Origin: a phage
Sequence record: PZ386974.1
Length of the DNA: 64,000 nt
Strand: one strand, 5' to 3'
A program made the position numbers and the translations under genes. Shown here in pieces: positions 57,076 to 64,000 of this stretch (the first letter of the stretch is position 1; every line of letters starts with the position of its first letter). The notes below the pieces were generated by a model. That model was not told the origin of the DNA. It did no database searches and worked only from the letters and a program-made list of their open reading frames with translations.

Positions 57076-59049
57076 ATGGCAAACACTCCTGTAAATTATC
57101 AATTAACCCGAACAGCGAATGCTATTCCCGAGATTTTTATCGGGGGCACATTTGCCGAAATCAAACAGAACATTATCGAATGGCTTAATGGGCAGAATGA
57201 ATTTCTTGATTATGATTTTGAAGGTTCACGCTTAAACGTATTGTGCGACCTTTTAGCATATAACACTCTTTACATCCAACAGTTCAGTAATAGTGCAGTG
57301 TATGAAAGTTTTATGCGTACTGCAAACTTGCGTAGTTCTGTTGTACAAGCGGCTCAAGATAACGGATATCTGCCTTCATCTAAATCAGCAGCACAAACAG
57401 AAATTATGCTCACATGTACGGATGCATTAAATAGAAACTATATCACCATTCCACGTGGCACTCGTTTCTTAGCATACGCTAAAGATACTTCTGTTAACCC
57501 ATATAACTTTGTTTCTACTGAAGATGTCATTGTAGTTAAAGACAAAAATAACCAATATTTTCCACGTCTTCGATTAGCTCAAGGACGTATTGTTCGCACT
57601 GAATTAACATTTGATAGATTAAAACCTATCATTATTCGTGATAAGAATATTGACCGTAATTTGGTTAAGTTGTATGTTGACGGAGCAGAATGGATTAACT
57701 GGACTCGTAAGTCGATGGTTCACGCTGGTTCTACGTCAACAATCTATTATATGCGTGAAACAGTTGATGGGAACACCGAATTTTATTTTGGTGAAGGCGA
57801 AATCTCTATTAACACATCAGAAGGTGCGTTAACATCTAACTATATTGGTGGCCTTAAACCTGTTCAGGGTTCTAAAATCGTAATTGAGTATATTTCTACT
57901 AATGGCGCAGATGCTAACGGTGCTGTAGGATTTTCTTATGCTGATACATTAGCTAATATCACGGTAATCGATATTAACGAGAACCCTAGCAATAACCCAG
58001 ACTTTGTCGGGGCCGATGGTGGTGGTGACCCTGAAGATATTGAACGTATCCGCGAATTAGGCACAATTAAACGCGAAACTCAACAACGTTGTGTAACCGC
58101 TTCCGACTATGACACATTCGTCTCTGAGCGGTTTGGTTCTATTATTCAAGCGGTTCAGACGTTCACTGATTCTACTAAACCCGGTTATGCATTTATTGCT
58201 GCTAAGCCTAAATCTGGATTGTATTTGACTTCTGTCCAACGCGATGATATCAAAAACTATTTAAATGATTATAACTTAGGGACTATTACACCTGTTGTTA
58301 TTTCGCCTGATTATTTGTTTATCAAAATGAATATCAAGGTTACATACGCGTTGAATAAACTCCAAGAATCAGAACAATATCTTGAAGGGCAGATTATTAA
58401 TAAAATAGACCGATATTATATCGAAGATGTAGAAATTTTTAACTCATCGTTTGCAAAATCTAAAATGCTAACTTATGTCGATGATGCAGATATTTCTATT
58501 ATTGGTTCTTCAGCTACTATTCAAATGGTTCGCGAAGTACAAAACTTCTATAAAACGCCTGAGGCCGGTATTAAATACAATAATCAGATTAAAGATAGAT
58601 CGATGGAATCTAATATATTCTCGTTTGATTCGCACAGACCTAATCCAGAAAATGCAAACGAAACTATTAAATACGGTGTTCGCATAGTATCTTCTGACCG
58701 TAATGACCGTGGCATAGGTCAAGTTATTATTGGTCCATTTGCAGACGGTGATGTTGTTGAAAACGAAAATATACAACCTTATACAGGTAATGATTTTAAT
58801 AAACTTACTGTTACTGACGGACGAAACAAATACTATTCAATTGGTGAAGTGAATTATCCTGCCGATTCGATTTATTGGAACATTGCTAAAATTGACCTCA
58901 CTTCAGACCGTTTTGAAGTTCAAACAATTGAACTTTATTCAGACCCTGCAGATGATATTATTTTTACAAAGGACGGTTCTTTAATCGTATTCGAAAATGA
59001 CTTACGTCCTCAGTACTTAACTATAGATTTGGAGCCTATTTCACAATGA
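57076..59049 (+). CDS. 6: baseplate wedge protein gp6
   Basis: MANTPVNYQLTRTANAIPEIF matches T4 gp6 N-terminus; start set at MANTPV. Confidence 0.9.
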   Translation: MANTPVNYQLTRTANAIPEIFIGGTFAEIKQNIIEWLNGQNEFLDYDFEGSRLNVLCDLLAYNTLYIQQFSNSAVYESFMRTANLRSSVVQAAQDNGYLPSSKSAAQTEIMLTCTDALNRNYITIPRGTRFLAYAKDTSVNPYNFVSTEDVIVVKDKNNQYFPRLRLAQGRIVRTELTFDRLKPIIIRDKNIDRNLVKLYVDGAEWINWTRKSMVHAGSTSTIYYMRETVDGNTEFYFGEGEISINTSEGALTSNYIGGLKPVQGSKIVIEYISTNGADANGAVGFSYADTLANITVIDINENPSNNPDFVGADGGGDPEDIERIRELGTIKRETQQRCVTASDYDTFVSERFGSIIQAVQTFTDSTKPGYAFIAAKPKSGLYLTSVQRDDIKNYLNDYNLGTITPVVISPDYLFIKMNIKVTYALNKLQESEQYLEGQIINKIDRYYIEDVEIFNSSFAKSKMLTYVDDADISIIGSSATIQMVREVQNFYKTPEAGIKYNNQIKDRSMESNIFSFDSHRPNPENANETIKYGVRIVSSDRNDRGIGQVIIGPFADGDVVENENIQPYTGNDFNKLTVTDGRNKYYSIGEVNYPADSIYWNIAKIDLTSDRFEVQTIELYSDPADDIIFTKDGSLIVFENDLRPQYLTIDLEPISQ

Positions 59050-62000
59050 CAGTAAAAGCGCCAGCAGTCACAAGTCTCAGAATATCCAAGTTGTCCGCTA
59101 ACCAAGTTCAAATACGCTGGGATGACGTTGGTGCTAATTTCTACTATTTCGTAGAAATCGCTGAGACTAAAACGGCAGACGGGGAAATAATTCCACCTGC
59201 CAGCTACAGATGGATAAATTTAGGATATACTCCTAATAGCAACTGGTTCGAAAATAGCTTAGACCCATTAACTTCTTATATTATTCGTGTATCAACTGCC
59301 GCCGAAGGCTTCGAGAGATCTGATTGGGTATATACTGAAATATTTGAATCATTTCAGACTAACGCTTATACATTTCAACATATGATTGAAATGCAATTGG
59401 CTAACACTTTTATTAGAGAAAAATTTACAAATAACAACATGGCTTATGTCGATTTTAATAACGACACTATAATGGCAGCTCTAATGAATGAATCGTTCCA
59501 ATTTAGCCCTGCTTATGCAGATATTTCATCTATTAAAAATTTCATTATTGGCGAAAATGAGTATCATGAAATTCAAGGTTCGATTCAACAGGTGTGTCAT
59601 GATATAAACCGTGTTTATTTGATGGAATCCGAAGGAATTCTTTATTTGTTTGAACGGTATCAGCCTGTGGTTAAAGTCTCTAATGATAAGGGACAAACCT
59701 GGAAATCGGTTAAATTGTTTAATGACCGTGTAGGGTACCCTGTATCAAGAACAGTGTATTACCAGACAGATTACACCACGTATGTTCTTGGGTACGATAA
59801 ATTATTTTACGGCCGTAAATCAACAGACGTTCGTTGGTCTGCTGATGATGTGAGATTTAGTTCTCAAGATATAACATTTGCTAAAATTGGTGACCAGTTA
59901 AATTTAGGATATGATGTAGAAATATTTGGTAACTATGCATCATTACCTGCTAACGTATCACGTATTGCAGAAGCTATCGTTTGCAATGACGATTATGTAT
60001 ACGTTGCTGCTCGAGATAAAGTTCGTTTTATTAAAACTAGTAATGCCCCTATTGATTCAGACCCGTTATCTCCGACATATTCCGAACGTTTGTTTGAACA
60101 AGAAACATTTAACATCACAGGTAACCCTAAAGCAGTTTGCTATAAAATGGATTCTGTCGGTGGTAAAATATTTGCACTGATTATTGGTGAAGTTGTTAAT
60201 CTTAATGACGACCCGAGGACCACTCCTATTGTCGATTCTGCTGATAAGGGTGTTTACGTTCTAGACCATGATGCTGGCACATTTAAACGTGTGTTTGGTA
60301 ATACTGAAGAAGAACGCCGTCGTATTGAACCTGGGTACACCAGTATGTCTACTGATGGTGTTGAGTTATCTATTTCATCTAGTAATTTTAAATTTTTAGA
60401 ATCAGATATTGTTGATGACCCAAAAACACAAATCAAGTACGGTTTAATCGGTGCTGTTAAATATGAGTATCCTCGCGAATGGTTGGCTGATAAACATTAT
60501 CATATGATGGCATTTATTTCAACTGAAGACTCTCAATGGGAATCGTTCACTCCTCAACCGATGGAATACTATGCTGAGCCATTCTTTAGTTATTCTAGAA
60601 AGTCTGGTACTCGTTGTTGGATTAATAACTCAGACAAGGCCGTTGTAATTTATTCTGATTTACTTTACACTAAGGTTATTGAGAATCATCCACTTAGTTC
60701 TTCAGACCGTGAAGTTCATGAATATTGGAAGGACGGTGACTGTACAATAGTGATGCCTAACGTAGATTTCACCGGATTTAAAAAATATGCATCAGGCATG
60801 ATTTTCTATAAATCATCAGGTGAGATTATTTCTTATTATGATTTTAGTTATCGTGTTAGAGATAATGTTTCTATAATTTGGAAGCCTACTAATATATTCT
60901 TAACAGCATCGTTACAAAACCAAGAAAAAGATACCACATGGACTCCTGTAGAAGAGAATGGTATTGCAGACCCAGATTTACGACCATTGCTCACTACAAT
61001 GATGCCGGAGTCTTATCTTTTAGATAATTCAAACTTCGAAGCATTCTGTGAGGCTTATATTCAGTATCTTTCTGACGGCTATGGGACCCATTATAACAAC
61101 CTTTTAAATCTTATTAAAAATCAATACCCGCGCGAAGAACATGCGTGGGAATATTTGTGGTCTGAGATTTATAAACGAAACATTTACTTAAACGCCGAAA
61201 AACGCGATTTAGTGTCTCGTTTCTTTGAATCAAGAAGTTATGACTTCTATTCAACTAAAGGAACTGAAGCATCATATAAATTCTTGTTTAAAGTGCTTTA
61301 TAACGAAGATGTTGAAATTGAAATTGAATCTAGTTCCGGGACCGAATATGATATCATCATTGAATCTGATTCGTTGACAGAAGATTTGGTCGGACAAACC
61401 ATATACACCGCGACAGGACGTTGTAATGTGACGTATATCGAGAGAAGTTACTCTAAAGGTAAATTACAATGGACTGTAACAATTCACAACCTCTTAGGAC
61501 GTTTAATCCAAGGACAGGAAGTTAAAGCTGAAAGACTCCCTGGTTTTGAAGGTGAAATTGTTCGTGGTATTAAAGGTAAAGAGCTTTCTCAGAACAACAT
61601 CGATTACATAAATCGTGGTAGAGCATACTACGTAATGAAGATTAAATCTAAACTTCCATCATCTCGTTGGAAATCAGACGTATTACGTTTTGTTCATCCG
61701 GTTGGATTTGGATTTATCGCAATTACCCTTCTCACAATGTTTATTAACACCGGATTAACACTTAAACATGTTGAAACCGTTATTAATAAATACAAAAACT
61801 ATAAGTGGGATTCTGGATTACCGACTAAATATGCAGACCGAGTGGCTAAATTAGACCCACAAGGAAATGTTGAGTTTGACCCTATTACAGGTAAAGCGAT
61901 ATATGAAATAGGCCCTATGGCTGGTCAAGATTATCCATTACCCGAAGATTATAACGCTGAAAACAATAACTCCATATTTCAAGGTCAACTTCCATCGGAA

Positions 62001-62144
62001 CGACGTAAACTGATGAGCCCATTATTTGATGCGTCCGGAACAACATTCTCTAAATTTAGAGATTTGGTTGAACAGCGGTTAATCGATAATGTAGGAAATC
62101 CAAGAGACCCCGTGAATCCACCACAGGTTAAATTAGATGAATGA
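59046..62144 (+). CDS. 7: baseplate wedge initiator gp7
   Basis: 1032 aa, same length as T4 gp7; synteny 6-7-8. Confidence 0.9.
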   Translation: MTVKAPAVTSLRISKLSANQVQIRWDDVGANFYYFVEIAETKTADGEIIPPASYRWINLGYTPNSNWFENSLDPLTSYIIRVSTAAEGFERSDWVYTEIFESFQTNAYTFQHMIEMQLANTFIREKFTNNNMAYVDFNNDTIMAALMNESFQFSPAYADISSIKNFIIGENEYHEIQGSIQQVCHDINRVYLMESEGILYLFERYQPVVKVSNDKGQTWKSVKLFNDRVGYPVSRTVYYQTDYTTYVLGYDKLFYGRKSTDVRWSADDVRFSSQDITFAKIGDQLNLGYDVEIFGNYASLPANVSRIAEAIVCNDDYVYVAARDKVRFIKTSNAPIDSDPLSPTYSERLFEQETFNITGNPKAVCYKMDSVGGKIFALIIGEVVNLNDDPRTTPIVDSADKGVYVLDHDAGTFKRVFGNTEEERRRIEPGYTSMSTDGVELSISSSNFKFLESDIVDDPKTQIKYGLIGAVKYEYPREWLADKHYHMMAFISTEDSQWESFTPQPMEYYAEPFFSYSRKSGTRCWINNSDKAVVIYSDLLYTKVIENHPLSSSDREVHEYWKDGDCTIVMPNVDFTGFKKYASGMIFYKSSGEIISYYDFSYRVRDNVSIIWKPTNIFLTASLQNQEKDTTWTPVEENGIADPDLRPLLTTMMPESYLLDNSNFEAFCEAYIQYLSDGYGTHYNNLLNLIKNQYPREEHAWEYLWSEIYKRNIYLNAEKRDLVSRFFESRSYDFYSTKGTEASYKFLFKVLYNEDVEIEIESSSGTEYDIIIESDSLTEDLVGQTIYTATGRCNVTYIERSYSKGKLQWTVTIHNLLGRLIQGQEVKAERLPGFEGEIVRGIKGKELSQNNIDYINRGRAYYVMKIKSKLPSSRWKSDVLRFVHPVGFGFIAITLLTMFINTGLTLKHVETVINKYKNYKWDSGLPTKYADRVAKLDPQGNVEFDPITGKAIYEIGPMAGQDYPLPEDYNAENNNSIFQGQLPSERRKLMSPLFDASGTTFSKFRDLVEQRLIDNVGNPRDPVNPPQVKLDE

Positions 62145-63141
62145 TTCAAGTGTTATCTATCGTGCAATAGTTACATCAAAATTTAGAACAGAGAAAATGC
62201 TGAATTTTTATAATTCAGTTGGGGATGGAGATGATAAGAACTCCATTTATATTACGTTTGGACGTTCAGAGCCTTGGGCGTCAAATGAAAATGAGGTGGG
62301 CTTCGCCCCACCTTATCCTACAGATTCTGTTCTTGGTGTTACTGATATGTGGACCCATATGATGGGTACCGTTAAAGTTTTACCTTCAATGTTAGATTCT
62401 GTTATTCCTAGACGTGATTGGGGAGATGTGCGATATCCAGACCCTTACACGTTTAGAATTAACGATATAGTCGCATGTAATACTGCTCCGTACAACGCGA
62501 CAGAAGTTGGAGCCGGTTGGTTAATTTACCGTTGTTTAGACGTCCCTGACGTAGGGCTCTGTTCAATAGAATCTTTAGATAATAAAGACGAATGTCTTAA
62601 ATTAGGTGGTAAATGGACTCCGTCTGTTCGTTCTATGTCTCCTCCTGAAGGCAGAGGCGATGCTAATGGGGTTATCGAAACCGGTGATGGATATATTTGG
62701 GAATATCTTTATGAGATTCCTGCCGATGTGTCAATTAACCGTTGCACTAATGAATATCTTGTAGTTCCATGGCCGGAAGAAATTAAAGAAGACCCCACCC
62801 GTTGGGGATATGAAAATAACTTAACTTGGCAACAAGACGACTACGGCTTGATTTATCGTGTTAAAGCTAATACAATGCGGTTTAAAGCATATTTTGATTC
62901 TGTTTATTTCCCTGAGGCAGCTTTGCCAGGTAACAAGGGTTTTAGACAGATATCAATTATCGCAAACCCATTAGAAGCTAAGAAAAATCCAAATGACCCT
63001 AATGTTAAAGCAGAAAAGGATTATTACGACCCTAGAGACCTGCAACGTCATTCTGGTGAAATGATTTATATGGAAAACCGACCACCTGTTATTATGGCAA
63101 TGGACCAAACAGAAGAAATTAACATTTTGTTTATGTTTTAA
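62137..63141 (+). CDS. 8: baseplate wedge protein gp8
   Basis: 334 aa, same length as T4 gp8. Confidence 0.9.
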   Translation: MNDSSVIYRAIVTSKFRTEKMLNFYNSVGDGDDKNSIYITFGRSEPWASNENEVGFAPPYPTDSVLGVTDMWTHMMGTVKVLPSMLDSVIPRRDWGDVRYPDPYTFRINDIVACNTAPYNATEVGAGWLIYRCLDVPDVGLCSIESLDNKDECLKLGGKWTPSVRSMSPPEGRGDANGVIETGDGYIWEYLYEIPADVSINRCTNEYLVVPWPEEIKEDPTRWGYENNLTWQQDDYGLIYRVKANTMRFKAYFDSVYFPEAALPGNKGFRQISIIANPLEAKKNPNDPNVKAEKDYYDPRDLQRHSGEMIYMENRPPVIMAMDQTEEINILFMF

Positions 63142-63144
63142 TTA

Positions 63145-63170
63145 GGGAGCCTTCGGGCTCCTATTTTTGT
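63145..63170 (+). terminator. intrinsic terminator after gene 8 (GGAGCC-TTCG-GGCTCC + T-run)
   Basis: Perfect 6-bp stem with tetraloop followed by TATTTTTG. Confidence 0.6.
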
Positions 63171-63173
63171 ATC

Positions 63174-63181
63174 TATAAATA
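63174..63181 (+). promoter_or_regulatory. late promoter TATAAATA for gene 9
   Basis: Exact TATAAATA 33 bp upstream of the gene 9 ATG. Confidence 0.7.
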
Positions 63182-63213
63182 GAATATAATATCGGACAAC
63201 AAAAGGCAGAATT

Positions 63214-64000
63214 ATGGCATTTTTTAAGCAAACTCCTAAACAATTAATCGATACCGGCGAAATTGGTAATGCCTCAACAGGTGATATCTTATTCGACGGT
63301 GGTAATAAAATAAATGACGATATCAACGCTATTTACAATGCATTTGGCGATCAACGTAAAATGGCCGTAGCAGATGGAACCGGACCTACAGGTCAAACTA
63401 TTCATGCCACAGGTTATTATCAAAAAGGAAAGGCGGTCGATTATCAAACTCCTATTAAACCAGGCACTATGCATGATATTGATGCTTCTGATGGTGGTGT
63501 GATTGTTATTATTGACCGTCCTGAATTAGGTGACTCTGTAGAATTCATAAACTCTAATGGGTCTATTTCTGTTAACAATCCTTTAAGTATCCAAGTAACT
63601 GATGGTTCAATTAAAGGTGTTCTTAATAATCTTGTTATTTCCACCCCTTATACCCATGTTGTTCTTCGTTGTGTTGAAATTAATGGGCCGACTTCAGTAT
63701 GGAATTATTCTACTGATAGCATGTTTGGGCAGAAAGAATCTCCTGTCGATGGGACTTGGAGTCTTACAGGAAACACAGTTTCTATTCCTCTGTTTTATCG
63801 CACAGATTATAACATGGCTAAATTGCTTGTTACATGTCAATCCGCTGACGGTAGAAAAATAAAAACATGTGAAATAAATATTCTAATAGATACAATTAAC
63901 TCAGAAGTTCTTTCTACCGAATTTGCAGTAATGCGAGTTGGTAATGTAGATGAAACCGACGAGATTGCTAATATTAGCTTTAGTATTATTAACAACTTTG
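63214..64000 (+). CDS. 9: baseplate wedge / long tail-fibre socket protein gp9 (N-terminal part; continues beyond window)
   Basis: MAFFKQTPKQLIDTGEIGNASTGDILFDGGNKINDDINAIYNAFGDQRKMAV matches T4 gp9 N-terminus; frame open to window end. Confidence 0.85.
   Translation, partial: MAFFKQTPKQLIDTGEIGNASTGDILFDGGNKINDDINAIYNAFGDQRKMAVADGTGPTGQTIHATGYYQKGKAVDYQTPIKPGTMHDIDASDGGVIVIIDRPELGDSVEFINSNGSISVNNPLSIQVTDGSIKGVLNNLVISTPYTHVVLRCVEINGPTSVWNYSTDSMFGQKESPVDGTWSLTGNTVSIPLFYRTDYNMAKLLVTCQSADGRKIKTCEINILIDTINSEVLSTEFAVMRVGNVDETDEIANISFSIINNF

Overview
This window is a segment of a T4-like (T-even, Tevenvirinae) myophage genome, called from gene order and protein motifs read directly in the six-frame translations; no database search was possible. 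Genes run on the minus strand from about 53.9 kb down to 1, then switch to the plus strand for the baseplate module. Recognisable T4 landmarks, in transcription order on the minus strand: 4, 2, 3, 1, 57A, 57B, an ipI-like internal protein, two tRNAs, nudE, e (lysozyme), denV, regB, tk, rI, nrdC, 49 (endonuclease VII), nrdD, nrdG, nrdH, 55, 47, 46, rpbA, 45, 44, 62, regA and 43 (DNA polymerase). On the plus strand: 53, 5, 5.1, 5.4, 6, 7, 8 and the start of 9. The most interesting feature is a four-gene cassette directly downstream of gene 43 (669..4773), where T4 carries imm/42: a SIS-domain sugar-phosphate isomerase, a nucleotidyltransferase-kinase fusion, a small HAD-like phosphatase and a Cys-rich protein of unknown function. 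Together with the absence of an alpha-glucosyltransferase gene between 47 and 55, this suggests a phage-encoded NDP-sugar pathway feeding a non-glucose DNA hypermodification, possibly arabinosyl-hmC as reported for RB69-type phages (inference). Other notable features are six dispersed internal-protein genes with the N-terminal capsid-targeting motif, a tandem trio of small proteins sharing a C-terminal G-W-V-[AS]-S-S-x-x-C tail, about twenty early-promoter elements with embedded dyad symmetry, a GrcA-like glycyl-radical protein, a homopolymer-associated frameshift upstream of nrdH, and a tRNA-like structured RNA region. No CRISPR array, integrase, intron or homing endonuclease was seen. Several plausible ORFs under 60 aa exist that are not all listed.
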